DNA of 64,000 bases from Eledone cirrhosa (Eukaryota): the NCBI GenBank assembly GCA_964016885.1, contig OZ024740.1, positions 279,496,001-279,560,000 of the forward strand, written 5' to 3'. The notes below the pieces were generated by a model, which worked only from the letters and a program-made list of their open reading frames with translations, searched no databases and was not told the DNA's origin. Of this stretch, positions 39,465 through 54,600 are shown one piece after another (the first letter of the stretch is position 1; every line of letters starts with the position of its first letter). Made by a program: the position numbers and the translations under genes.

Positions 39465-42400
39465 GGATCCATTTTTTATTTGGGTGATCCATTTTTTTAT
39501 TTGGGTGATCCATTTTTTATTTGGGGGATCCATTTTTTATTTGGGGGATCCATTTTTTACTTGGGTGATCCATTTTTTATTTGGGGGAACCAGTTTTAAT
39601 TTGGGTGATCCATTTTTTATTTGGGGGATCCATTTTTTATTTGGGTGATCCATTTTTTATTTTGAGGATCCAGTTTATATTTGGGGGATCCATTTTTTAT
39701 TTGGGGGATCCATTTTTTATTTGGGTGTTTCATTTTTTATTTGGGTGATCCATTTTTTATTTGGGGGATCCATTTTTTATTTGGATGATCCATTTTTTAT
39801 TTGGGAGATCCATCAAATAAAAAATGGATCCCCCAAATAAAAAATGGATCCCTCAAATAAAAAATGGATCACCCAAATAAAAAATGGATCACCCAAATAA
39901 AAAATGTATCCCCAAATAAAAAATGGATCCCCCAAATATAAAATGGATCCCACAAATAAAAAATGGATCACCCAAATAAAAAATGGATCCCCCAAATAAA
40001 AAATAGATCACCCAAATAAAAAAGGGATCCATTTTTTATTTGGGTGATCCATTTTTTTATTTGGGTGATTCATTTTTTATTTGGGGGATCCATTTTTTAT
40101 TTGGGTGATCCATTTTTTATTTGGGTGATCCATTTTTTATTTGGGGGATCCATTTTTTATTTGGGTGATCCATTTTTTATTTGGGGGATCCATTTTGTAT
40201 TTGGGTGATCCATTTTTTATTTGAGCGATCCATTCTTTATTTGAGGGTTCCATTTTTTATTTGGGTGATCCATTTTTTATTTTGGTGATCCATTTTTTAT
40301 TTGGGGGATCCATTTTTTATTTGGGGGATCCATTTTTTATTTGGGGGATCCATTTTATATTTGGGTGATCCATTTTTTATTTGGGTGATCCATTTTCTAT
40401 TTGGGGGATCCATTTTTTATTTGGGGGATCCATTTTTTATTTGGGGGATCCATTTTTTATTTGAGGGTCCATTTTTTGGGGGGTGATCCATTTTTTATTT
40501 TTTGGATCCATTTTTTATTTGGGTGATCCATTTTTTATTTGGGTGATCCATTTTCTATTTGGGTGATACATTTTTTATTTGGGTGATCCATTTTTTATTT
40601 GGGTGATCCATTTTTTATTTGTGGGATCCTATTTTTATTTGGGCGATCCATTTTTTATTTGGGGGATTCATTTTTTATTTGGGTGATCCATTTTTTATTT
40701 GGGGTATCCATTTTTAATTTGGGTGATCCATTTTTTATTTGGGTGATCCATTTTTTATTTGGTGGATCCATTTTTAATTTGGGGGATCCATTTTTTATTT
40801 GGGTGATCCATTTTTTATTTGGGGGATCCATTTTTTATTTGGGGGATCAATTTTTTATTTGGGTGATCCATTTTTTATTTGGGTGATCCATTTTTTATTT
40901 GGTGATCCATTTTTTATTTGGGTGATCGATTTTTTATTTGGGTGATCTATTTTTTATTTGGGGTATCCATTTTTAATTTGGGTGATCCATTTTTTATTTG
41001 GGTGATCCATTTTTTATTTGGGTGATCCATTTTTTATTTGAGTGATCCATTTTTTATTTGGGGGATCCATTTTTTATTTGGGTGATCCATTTTTTATTTG
41101 GGGGATCCATTTTTTATTTGGGCGATCCATTTTTTATTTGGGGGATCCATTTTTTATTTGGGGGATCCATTTTTTATTTGGGGGATCCATTTTTTATTTG
41201 GGGGATCCATTTTATATTTGGGTGATCCATTTTTTATTTGGGTGATCCATTTTTTATTTGGGGGATCCATTTTTTATTTGGGGGATCCATTTTTTATTTG
41301 GGTGATCCATTTTTTATTTGAGCGATCCATTCTTCTTTATTTGAGGGTTCCATTTTTTAAAAAATGGATCACCCAAATAAAAAATGGATCCCCCAAATAA
41401 AAAATGGTTCCCCCAAATAAATGGTTCCCTCAAATTTTTATTTGAACGATCCATTCTTCTTTATTTGAGGGTTTCATTTTTTATTTGGGTGATCCATTTT
41501 TTATTTTGGTGATCCATTTTTTATTTGGGGGATCCATTTTTTATTTGGGGGATCCATTTTTGATTTGGGTGATCCATTTTTTATTTGGGTGATCCATTTT
41601 TTATTTGGGTGATGCATTTTTTATTTGGGGGAACCATTTTTTATTTGGGGGATCCATTTTTTATTTGGGTGATCCATTTTTTATTTGGGTGATCCATTTT
41701 TTATTTGGTTGATCCATTTTTTATTTGGTTGATCCATTTTTTATTTGGGTGATCCATTTTTTATTTGGGGGATCCATTTTTCATTTGGGTGATCCATTTT
41801 TTATTTGGGTGATCCATTTTTTATTTGGGGGCCCATTTTTTATTTGGGTGAGCCATTTTTTATTTGGGGGATCCATTTTTTATTTGGGTGATCCATTTTT
41901 TATTTGGGTGATCCATTTTTTATTTGGGGGATCCATTTTTTATTTGGGTGATCCATTTTTTATTTGGGAGATCCATCAAATAAAAAATGGATCCCCCAAA
42001 TAAAAATCGGATCACCATATAAAAAATGGATCACACAAATAAAAAATGTATCCCCCAAATAAAAAATGGATCACCCAAATAAAAACTGGATCCCCCAAAT
42101 AAAAAATGGATCACCCAAATAGATAATGTATCCCCCAAATAAAAAATGGATCCCTCAAATAAAAAATGGATCCCCCAAATAAAAAAGGGATCCATTTTTT
42201 ATTTGGGTGATCCATTTTTTTATTTGGGTGATCCATTTTTTATTTGGGGGATCCATTTTTTATTTGGGGGATCCATTTTTTACTTGGGTGATCCATTTTT
42301 TATTTGGGGGAACCAGTTTTAATTTGGGTGATCCATTTTTTATTTGGGGGATCCATTTTTTATTTGGGTGATCCATTTTTTATTTTGAGGATCCAGTTTA

Positions 42401-45400
42401 TATTTGGGGGATCCATTTTTTATTTGGGGGATCCATTTTTTATTTGGGTGTTTCATTTTTTATTTGGGTGATCCATTTTTTATTTGGGGGATCCATTTTT
42501 TATTTGGATGATCCATTTTTTATTTGGGAGATCCATCAAATAAAAAATGGATCCCCCAAATAAAAAATGGATCCCTCAAATAAAAAATGGATCACCCAAA
42601 TAAAAAATGGATCACCCAAATAAAAAATGTATCCCCAAATAAAAAATGGATCCCCCAAATATAAAATGGATCCCACAAATAAAAAATGGATCACCCAAAT
42701 AAAAAATGGATCCCCCAAATAAAAAATAGATCACCCAAATAAAAAAGGGATCCATTTTTTATTTGGGTGATCCATTTTTTTATTTGGGTGATTCATTTTT
42801 TATTTGGGGGATCCATTTTTTATTTGGGTGATCCATTTTTTATTTGGGTGATCCATTTTTTATTTGGGGGATCCATTTTTTATTTGGGTGATCCATTTTT
42901 TATTTGGGGGATCCATTTTGTATTTGGGTGATCCATTTTTTATTTGAGCGATCCATTCTTTATTTGAGGGTTCCATTTTTTATTTGGGTGATCCATTTTT
43001 TATTTTGGTGATCCATTTTTTATTTGGGGGATCCATTTTTTATTTGGGCGATCCATTTTTTATTTGGGTGATCCATTTTTTATTTGGGGGATCCATTTTT
43101 TATTTGTGTGATCCATTTTTTATTTGGGTGATCCATTTTTTATTTGGGGGCCCATTTTTTATTTGGGTGATCCATTTTTTATTTGGGCGATCCATTTTTT
43201 ATTTGGCTGATCCATTTTTTATTTGGGTGATCCATTTTTTATTTGGGGGATCCATTTTTTATTTGGGTGATCCATTTTTTATTTGGGTGAGCCATTTTTT
43301 ATTTGGGGGATCCATTTTTTATTTGGGTGATCCATTTTTTATTTGGGTGATCCATTTTTTATTTGGGAATCCATTTTTTATTTGGGTGATCCATTTTTTA
43401 TTTGGGAGATCCATCAAATAAAAAATGGATCCCCCAAATAAAAATCGGATCACCATATAAAAAATGGATCACCCAAATAAAAAATGGATCCCCCAAATAA
43501 AAAATGGATCACCCAAATAAAAACTGGATCCCCCAAATAAAAAATGGATCACCCAAATAGATAATGTATCCCCCAAATAAAAAATGGATCCGCCAAATAA
43601 AAAAGGGATCCATTTTTTATTTGGGTGATCCATTTTTTATTTGGGGGATCCATTTTTTATTTGGGTGATCTATTTTTTATTTGGGTGATTCATTTTTTAT
43701 TTGGGTGATCCATTTTTTATTTGGGTGATCCATTTTTTATTTGGAGGATCCATTTTTTATTTGGGTGATCCATTTTTTATTTGGGTGATCCATTTTTTAT
43801 TTGTGGGATCCATTTTTTATTTGGGTGATCCATTTTTTATTTGAATGATCCATTTTTTATTTGGATGATCCATTTTTTTGGGGGAGATCCATTTTTTATT
43901 TGGGTGATCCATTTTTTATTTGGGGGATCCATTTTTTATTTGGGTGATCCATTTTTTATTTGGGTGATCCATTTTTTATTTGGGGGATCCATTTTTTATT
44001 TGGGTGATCCATTTTTTATTTGGGGGATCCATTTTTTATTTGGAGGATCATTTTTTATTTGGGTGATCCATTTTTTATTTGGGGGGATCTATTTTTTATT
44101 TGGGTGATCCATTTTTTATTTGGGTGATCCATTTTTTATTTGGGTGATCCATTTTTTATTTGGTGGATCCATTTTTTATTTGGGAGATCCATTTTTATTT
44201 GGGGGTCCATTTTTTTGGGGGTGATCCATTTTCCATTTGGGTGATCCATTTTGTATTTGGGTGATCCATTTTTTATTTGGGTGATCCATTTTTTATTGGG
44301 GAGATCCATTTTTTATTTGGGTGATCCATTTTTTATTTGAGTGATCCATTCTTTATTTGAGGGATCCATTTTTTATTTGGGTGATTCATTTTTCATTTGG
44401 GTGATCCATTTTTTATTTGGGGGATCCATTTTTTATTTGGGCGATCCATTTTTTATTTGGCTGATCCAGTTTTTATTTGGGTGATCCATTTTTTATTTGG
44501 GTGATACATTTTTTATTTGGGGGATCCATTTTTTATTTGGGGGATCCATTTTTTATTTGGGTGATCCATTTTTTATTTGGGTGATCCATTTTTTATGTTT
44601 TGGATCCATTTTTTGTTTGGGGGATCCATTTTTTATTTGGGTGATCCATTTTTTATTTGGGTGATCCATTTTTTATTTGGAGGATCCATTTTTTATTTGG
44701 GTGATCGAATTTTTATTTGGAGGATGCATTTTTTATTTGGGTGATCCATTTTTTATTTGGGTGATCAATTTTTTATTTGGGGGATCCATTTTTTATTTGG
44801 GTGATCCATTTTTTATTTGGGTGTCCATTTTTTATTTGGGTGATCCATTTTTTATTTGGGGGATCCATTTTTTATTTGGGGGATCCATTTTTTATTTGGG
44901 TGATCCATTTTTTATTTGGGGGATCCATTTTTATTTGGGTGATCCATTTTTTATTTGGGTGATCCATTTTTTATTTGGGGGATCCATTTTTTATTTGGGT
45001 GTTCCATTTGTTATTTGGGTGATCCATTTTTTATTTGGGGCTCCATTTTTTATTTGGGTGATCCATTTTTTATTTGGGGGATCCATTTTTTATTTGGGGG
45101 ATCCATTTTTTATTTGGGTGATCCATTTTTTATTTGGGGATCCATTTTTTATTTGGGCGATCCATTTTTTATTTGGGTGATCCATTTTTTATTTGGGTGA
45201 TCCATTTTTTATTTGGGTGATCCATTTTTTATTTGGAGGAGACATTTTTTATTTAGGGATCCATTTTTTATTTGGGGATCCATTTTTTATTTGGGTGATC
45301 CATTTTTTATTTGGGGGATCCATTTTTTATTTGGGGGATCCATTTTTTATTTGGGGGATCCATTTTTTACTTGGGTGATCCATTTTTTATTTGGGGGAAC

Positions 45401-48400
45401 CAGTTTTAATTTGGGTGATCCATTTTTTATTTGGGGGATCCATTTTTTATTTGGGTGATCCATTTTTTATTTTGAGGATCCAGTTTATATTTGGGGGATC
45501 CATTTTTTATTTGGGGGATCCATTTTTTATTTGGGTGTTTCATTTTTTATTTGGGTGATCCATTTTTTATTTGGGGGATCCATTTTTTATTTGGATGATC
45601 CATTTTTTATTTGGGAGATCCATCAAATAAAAAATGGATCCCCCAAATAAAAAATGGATCCCTCAAATAAAAAATGGATCACCCAAATAAAAAATGGATC
45701 ACCCAAATAAAAAATGTATCCCCAAATAAAAAATGGATCCCCCAAATATAAAATGGATCCCACAAATAAAAAATGGATCACCCAAATAAAAAATGGATCC
45801 CCCAAATAAAAAATAGATCACCCAAATAAAAAAGGGATCCATTTTTTATTTGGGTGATCCATTTTTTTATTTGGGTGATTCATTTTTTATTTGGGGGATC
45901 CATTTTTTATTTGGGTGATCCATTTTTTATTTGGGTGATCCATTTTTTATTTGGGGGATCCATTTTTTATTTGGGTGATCCATTTTTTATTTGGGGGATC
46001 CATTTTGTATTTGGGTGATCCATTTTTTATTTGAGCGATCCATTCTTTATTTGAGGGTTCCATTTTTTATTTGGGTGATCCATTTTTTATTTTGGTGATC
46101 CATTTTTTATTTGGGGGATCCATTTTTTATTTGGGCGATCCATTTTTTATTTGGGTGATCCATTTTTTATTTGGGGGATCCATTTTTTATTTGGGTGATC
46201 CATTTTTTATTTGGGTGATCCATTTTTTATTTGGGGGCCCATTTTTTATTTGGGTGATCCATTTTTTATTTGGGCGATCCATTTTTTATTTGGCTGATCC
46301 ATTTTTTATTTGGGTGATCCATTTTTTATTTGGGGGATCCATTTTTTATTTGGGTGATCCATTTTTTATTTGGGTGAGCCATTTTTTATTTGGGGGATCC
46401 ATTTTTTATTTGGGTGATCCATTTTTTATTTGGGTGATCCATTTTTTATTTGGGAATCCATTTTTTATTTGGGTGATCCATTTTTTATTTGGGAGATCCA
46501 TCAAATAAAAAATGGATCCCCCAAATAAAAATCGGATCACCATATAAAAAATGGATCACCCAAATAAAAAATGGATCCCCCAAATAAAAAATGGATCACC
46601 CAAATAAAAACTGGATCCCCCAAATAAAAAATGGATCACCCAAATAGATAATGTATCCCCCAAATAAAAAATGGATCCGCCAAATAAAAAAGGGATCCAT
46701 TTTTTATTTGGGTGATCCATTTTTTATTTGGGGGATCCATTTTTTATTTGGGTGATCTATTTTTTATTTGGGTGATTCATTTTTTATTTGGGTGATCCAT
46801 TTTTTATTTGGGTGATCCATTTTTTATTTGGGAGATCCATCAAATAAAAAATGGATCCCCCAAATAAAAATCGGATCACCATATAAAAAATGGATCACCC
46901 AAATAAAAAATGGATCCCCCAAATAAAAAATGGATCACCCAAATAAAAACTGGATCCCCCAAATAAAAAATGGATCACCCAAATAGATAATGTATCCCCC
47001 AAATAAAAAATGGATCCGCCAAATAAAAAAGGGATCCATTTTTTATTTGGGTGATCCATTTTTTATTTGGGGGATCCATTTTTTATTTGGGTGATCTATT
47101 TTTTATTTGGGTGATTCATTTTTTATTTGGGTGAACCATTTTTTATTTGGGTGATCCATTTTTTATTTGGAGGATCCATTTTTTATTTGGGTGATCCATT
47201 TTTTATTTGGGTGATCCATTTTTTATTTGTGGGATCCATTTTTTATTTGGGTGATCCATTTTTTATTTGAATGATCCATTTTTTATTTGGATGATCCATT
47301 TTTTTGGGGGAGATCCATTTTTTATTTGGGTGATCCATTTTTTATTTGGGGGATCCATTTTTTATTTGGGTGATCCATTTTTTATTTGGGTGATCCATTT
47401 TTTATTTGGGGGATCCATTTTTTATTTGGGTGATCCATTTTTTATTTGGGGGATCCATTTTTTATTTGGAGGATCATTTTTTATTTGGGTGATCCATTTT
47501 TTATTTGGGGGGATCTATTTTTTATTTGGGTGATCCATTTTTTATTTGGGTGATCCATTTTTTATTTGGGTGATCCATTTTTTATTTGGGAGATCCATTT
47601 TTATTTGGGGGTCCATTTTTTTGGGGGTGATCCATTTTCCATTTGGGTGATCCATTTTGTATTTGGGTGATCCATTTTTTATTTGGGTGATCCATTTTTT
47701 ATTGGGGGGATCCATTTTTTATTTGGGTGATCCATTTTTTATTTGAGTGATCCATTCTTTATTTGAGGGATCCATTTTTTATTTGGGTGATTCATTTTTC
47801 ATTTGGGTGATCCATTTTTTATTTGGGGGATCCATTTTTTATTTGGGCGATCCATTTTTTATTTGGCTGATCCAGTTTTTATTTGGGTGATCCATTTTTT
47901 ATTTGGGTGATACATTTTTTATTTGGGGGATCCATTTTTTATTTGGGGGATCCATTTTTTATTTGGGTGATCCATTTTTTATTTGGGTGATCCATTTTTT
48001 ATGTTTTGGATCCATTTTTTATTTGGGGGATCCATTTTTTATTTGGGTGATCCATTTTTTATTTGGGTGATCCATTTTTTATTTGGAGGATCCATTTTTT
48101 ATTTGGGTGATCGAATTTTTATTTGGAGGATGCATTTTTTATTTGGGTGATCCATTTTTTATTTGGGTGATCAATTTTTTATTTGGGGGATCCATTTTTT
48201 ATTTGGGTGATCCATTTTTTATTTGGGTGTCAATTTTTTATTTGGGTGATCCATTTTTTATTTGGGGGATCCATTTTTTATTTGGGAGATCCATTTTTTA
48301 TTTGGGTGATCCATTTTTTATTTGGGGGATCCATTTTTATTTGGGTGATCCATTTTTTATTTGGGTGATCCATTTTTTATTTGGGGGATCCATTTTTTAT

Positions 48401-50662
48401 TTGGGTGTTCCATTTGTTATTTGGGTGATCCATTTTTTATTTGGGGGTCCATTTTTTATTTGGGTGATCCATTTTTTATTTGGGGGATCCATTTTTTATT
48501 TGGAGGAGACATTTTTTATTTAGGGATCCATTTTTTATTTGGGGATCCATTTTTTATTTGGGTGATCCATTTTTTATTTGGGGGATCCATTTTTTATTTG
48601 GGGGATCCATTTTTTATTTGGGGGATCAATTTTTTACTTGGGTGATCCATTTTTTATTTGGGGGAACCAGTTTTAATTTGGGTGATCCATTTTTTATTTG
48701 GGGGATCCATTTTTTATTTGGGTGATCCATTTTTTATTTTGAGGATCCAGTTTATATTTGGGGGATCCATTTTTTATTTGGGGGATCCATTTTTTATTTG
48801 GGTGTTTCATTTTTTATTTGGGTGATCCATTTTTTATTTGGGGGATCCATTTTTTATTTGGATGATCCATTTTTTATTTGGGAGATCCATCAAATAAAAA
48901 ATGGATCCCCCAAATAAAAAATGGATCCCTCAAATAAAAAATGGATCACCCAAATAAAAAATGGATCACCCAAATAAAAAATGTATCCCCAAATAAAAAA
49001 TGGATCCCCCAAATATAAAATGGATCCCACAAATAAAAAATGGATCACCCAAATAAAAAATGGATCCCCCAAATAAAAAATAGATCACCCAAATAAAAAA
49101 GGGATCCATTTTTTATTTGGGTGATCCATTTTTTTATTTGGGTGATTCATTTTTTATTTGGGGGATCCATTTTTTATTTGGGTGATCCATTTTTTATTTG
49201 GGTGATCCATTTTTTATTTGGGGGATCCATTTTTTATTTGGGTGATCCATTTTTTATTTGGGGGATCCATTTTGTATTTGGGTGATCCATTTTTTATTTG
49301 AGCGATCCATTCTTTATTTGAGGGTTCCATTTTTTATTTGGGTGATCCATTTTTTATTTTGGTGATCCATTTTTTATTTGGGGGATCCATTTTTTATTTG
49401 GGCGATCCATTTTTTATTTGGGTGATCCATTTTTTATTTGGGGGATCCATTTTTTATTTGGGTGATCCATTTTTTATTTGGGTGATCCATTTTTTATTTG
49501 GGGGCCCATTTTTTATTTGGGTGATCCATTTTTTATTTGGGCGATCCATTTTTTATTTGGCTGATCCATTTTTTATTTGGGTGATCCATTTTTTATTTGG
49601 GGGATCCATTTTTTATTTGGGTGATCCATTTTTTATTTGGGTGAGCCATTTTTTATTTGGGGGATCCATTTTTTATTTGGGTGATCCATTTTTTATTTGG
49701 GTGATCCATTTTTTATTTGGGAATCCATTTTTTATTTGGGTGATCCATTTTTTATTTGGGAGATCCATCAAATAAAAAATGGATCCCCCAAATAAAAATC
49801 GGATCACCATATAAAAAATGGATCACCCAAATAAAAAATGGATCCCCCAAATAAAAAATGGATCACCCAAATAAAAACTGGATCCCCCAAATAAAAAATG
49901 GATCACCCAAATAGATAATGTATCCCCCAAATAAAAAATGGATCCGCCAAATAAAAAAGGGATCCATTTTTTATTTGGGTGATCCATTTTTTATTTGGGG
50001 GATCCATTTTTTATTTGGGTGATCTATTTTTTATTTGGGTGATTCATTTTTTATTTGGGTGATCCATTTTTTATTTGGGTGATCCATTTTTTATTTGGAG
50101 GATCCATTTTTTATTTGGGTGATCCATTTTTTATTTGGGTGATCCATTTTTTATTTGTGGGATCCATTTTTTATTTGGGTGATCCATTTTTTATTTGAAT
50201 GATCCATTTTTTATTTGGATGATCCATTTTTTGGGGGGAGATCCATTTTTTATTTGGGTGATCCATTTTTTATTTGGGGGATCCATTTTTTATTTGGGTG
50301 ATCCATTTTTTATTTGGGTGATCCATTTTTTATTTGGGGGATCCATTTTTTATTTGGGTGATCCATTTTTTATTTGGGGGATCCATTTTTTATTTGGAGG
50401 ATCATTTTTTATTTGGGTGATCCATTTTTTATTTGGGGGGATCTATTTTTTATTTGGGTGATCCATTTTTTATTTGGGTGATCCATTTTTTATTTGGGTG
50501 ATCCATTTTTTATTTGGTGGATCCATTTTTTATTTGGGAGATCCATTTTTATTTGGGGGTCCATTTTTTTGGGGGTGATCCATTTTCCATTTGGGTGATC
50601 CATTTTGTATTTGGGTGATCCATTTTTTATTTGAGGGATCCATTTTTTATTTGATGGTTCTT

Positions 50663-51680
50663 CCAAATAAAAAATGGATCACCCAAATAAAAAAATGATC
50701 CCCCAAATAAAAAATGGATCACCCAAATAAAAAATGGATCACCCAAATAAAAAATAGATCCGCCAAATAAAAAATGGATCCCCCAAATAAAAATGGATCC
50801 CCCAAATAAAAAATGGATCACTCAAATAAAAAATGGAACACCCAAATAAAAAATGGATCCCCCAAATAAAAAATGGATCCCCCAAATAAAAAATGGATCA
50901 CCCAAATAAAAAATGGATCCCCCAAATAAAAAATGGATCACCCAAATAAAAACTGGATCCCCCAAATAAAAAATGGATCACCCAAATAAAAAATGGATCC
51001 CCCAAATAAAAAATGGATCCCCCAAATAAAAAATGGATCACCCAAATAAAAAATGGATCCCCCAAATAAAAAATGGATCACCCAAATAAAAACTGGATCC
51101 CCCAAATAAAAAATGGATCACCCAAATAAAAAATGGATCCCCCAAATAAAAAATGGATCACCCAAATAAAAAATGGATCCCCCAAATAAAAAATGGATCC
51201 CCCAAATAAAAAATGGATCCCCCAAATAAAAAATGGATCCCCCAAATAAAAAATGGATCACCCAAATAAAAAATGGATCACCCAAATAAAAAATGGATCA
51301 CCCAAATAAAAAATGCATCCTCCAAATAAAAAATGGATCACCCAAATAAAAAAAGATCCTAGCAAATAAAAAATGGATCACCCAAATACAAAATGGATCA
51401 CGCAAATAAAAAATGGATCCCCCAAATAAAAAATGGATCCCCCAAATAAAAAATGGATCCCCCAAATAAAAAATGGATCACCCAAATAAAAAATGGATCA
51501 CCCAAATAAAAAATGGATCACCCAAATAAAAAATGGATCGCCCAAATAAAAAATGGATCCCCCAAATAAAAAATGGATAGCCCAAATAAAAAATGGATAC
51601 CCCAAATAAAAAATGGATCCCCCAAATAAAAAATGGATCACCCAAATAAAAAATTGTTCACCCAAATAAAAAATGGATCC
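50663..51680 (-). repeat. Long inverted satellite tract, copy 2
   Basis: Same junctions and markers as 36212-37229 (offset 14451). Confidence 0.95.
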
Positions 51681-54600
51681 CTTTTTTATTTAGCGGATCC
51701 ATTTTTTATTTCGGTGATCCATTTTTTATTTGGTGGATCCATTTTTAATTTGGGGGATCCATTTTTTATTTGGGTGATCCATTTTTTATTTGGGGGATCC
51801 ATTTTTTATTTGAGGGATCAATTTTTTATTTGGGTGATCCATTTTTTATTTGGGTGATCCATTTTTTATTTGGTGATCCATTTTTTATTTGGGGGATCCA
51901 TTTTTTATTTGGGTGATCGATTTTTTATTTGGGTGATCCATTTTTTATTTGGGGGATCCATTTTTTATTTGGGTGATCCATTTTTTATTTGGGGGATCCA
52001 TTTTTTATTTGGGCGATCCATTTTTTATTTGGGGGATCCATTTTTTATTTGGGGGATCCATTTTTTATTTGGGGGATCCATTTTATATTTGGGTGATCCA
52101 TTTTTTATTTGGGTGATCCATTTTCTATTTGGGGGATCCATTTTTTATTTGGGGGATCCATTTTTTATTTGGGGGATCCATTTTTTATTTGAGGGTCCAT
52201 TTTTTGGGGGGTGATCCATTTTTTATTTTTTGGATCCATTTTTTATTTGGGTGATCCATTTTTTATTTGGGTGATCCATTTTCTATTTGGGTGATACATT
52301 TTTTATTTGGGTGATCCATTTTTTATTTGGGTGATCCATTTTTTATTTGTGGGATCCTATTTTTATTTGGGCGATCCATTTTTTATTTGGGGGATTCATT
52401 TTTTATTTGGGTGATCCATTTTTTATTTGGGGTATCCATTTTTAATTTGGGTGATCCATTTTTTATTTGGGTGATCCATTTTTTATTTGGTGGATCCATT
52501 TTTAATTTGGGGGATCCATTTTTTATTTGGGTGATCCATTTTTTATTTGGGGGATCCATTTTTTATTTGGGGGATCAATTTTTTATTTGGGTGATCCATT
52601 TTTTATTTGGGTGATCCATTTTTTATTTGGTGATCCATTTTTTATTTGGGTGATCGATTTTTTATTTGGGTGATCTATTTTTTATTTGGGGTATCCATTT
52701 TTAATTTGGGTGATCCATTTTTTATTTGGGTGATCCATTTTTTATTTGGGTGATCCATTTTTTATTTGAGTGATCCATTTTTTATTTGGGGGATCCATTT
52801 TTTATTTGGGTGATCCATTTTTTATTTGGGGGATCCATTTTTTATTTGGGCGATCCATTTTTTATTTGGGGGATCCATTTTTTATTTGGGGGATCCATTT
52901 TTTATTTGGGGGATCCATTTTTTATTTGGGGGATCCATTTTATATTTGGGTGATCCATTTTTTATTTGGGTGATCCATTTTTTATTTGGGGGATCCATTT
53001 TTTATTTGGGGGATCCATTTTTTATTTGGGTGATCCATTTTTTATTTGAGCGATCCATTCTTCTTTATTTGAGGGTTCCATTTTTTAAAAAATGGATCAC
53101 CCAAATAAAAAATGGATCCCCCAAATAAAAAATGGTTCCCCCAAATAAATGGTTCCCTCAAATTTTTATTTGAACGATCCATTCTTCTTTATTTGAGGGT
53201 TTCATTTTTTATTTGGGTGATCCATTTTTTATTTTGGTGATCCATTTTTTATTTGGGGGATCCATTTTTTATTTGGGGGATCCATTTTTGATTTGGGTGA
53301 TCCATTTTTTATTTGGGTGATCCATTTTTTATTTGGGTGATGCATTTTTTATTTGGGGGAACCATTTTTTATTTGGGGGATCCATTTTTTATTTGGGTGA
53401 TCCATTTTTTATTTGGGTGATCCATTTTTTATTTGGTTGATCCATTTTTTATTTGGTTGATCCATTTTTTATTTGGGTGATCCATTTTTTATTTGGGGGA
53501 TCCATTTTTCATTTGGGTGATCCATTTTTTATTTGGGTGATCCATTTTTTATTTGGGGGCCCATTTTTTATTTGGGTGAGCCATTTTTTATTTGGGGGAT
53601 CCATTTTTTATTTGGGTGATCCATTTTTTATTTGGGTGATCCATTTTTTATTTGGGGGATCCATTTTTTATTTGGGTGATCCATTTTTTATTTGGGAGAT
53701 CCATCAAATAAAAAATGGATCCCCCAAATAAAAATCGGATCACCATATAAAAAATGGATCACACAAATAAAAAATGTATCCCCCAAATAAAAAATGGATC
53801 ACCCAAATAAAAACTGGATCCCCCAAATAAAAAATGGATCACCCAAATAGATAATGTATCCCCCAAATAAAAAATGGATCCCTCAAATAAAAAATGGATC
53901 CCCCAAATAAAAAAGGGATCCATTTTTTATTTGGGTGATCCATTTTTTTATTTGGGTGATCCATTTTTTATTTGGGGGATCCATTTTTTATTTGGGGGAT
54001 CCATTTTTTACTTGGGTGATCCATTTTTTATTTGGGGGAACCAGTTTTAATTTGGGTGATCCATTTTTTATTTGGGGGATCCATTTTTTATTTGGGTGAT
54101 CCATTTTTTATTTTGAGGATCCAGTTTATATTTGGGGGATCCATTTTTTATTTGGGGGATCCATTTTTTATTTGGGTGTTTCATTTTTTATTTGGGTGAT
54201 CCATTTTTTATTTGGGGGATCCATTTTTTATTTGGATGATCCATTTTTTATTTGGGAGATCCATCAAATAAAAAATGGATCCCCCAAATAAAAAATGGAT
54301 CCCTCAAATAAAAAATGGATCACCCAAATAAAAAATGGATCACCCAAATAAAAAATGTATCCCCAAATAAAAAATGGATCCCCCAAATATAAAATGGATC
54401 CCACAAATAAAAAATGGATCACCCAAATAAAAAATGGATCCCCCAAATAAAAAATAGATCACCCAAATAAAAAAGGGATCCATTTTTTATTTGGGTGATC
54501 CATTTTTTTATTTGGGTGATTCATTTTTTATTTGGGGGATCCATTTTTTATTTGGGTGATCCATTTTTTATTTGGGTGATCCATTTTTTATTTGGGGGAT

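Larger units (their letters stand above)
37570..43015. repeat. Tandem duplication, period 2,723 bp (2 copies)
   Basis: Offsets 37876/40599, 38319/41042, 39002/41725 and 39813/42536 equal 2723. The junction is near 40290-40320. Confidence 0.9.
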
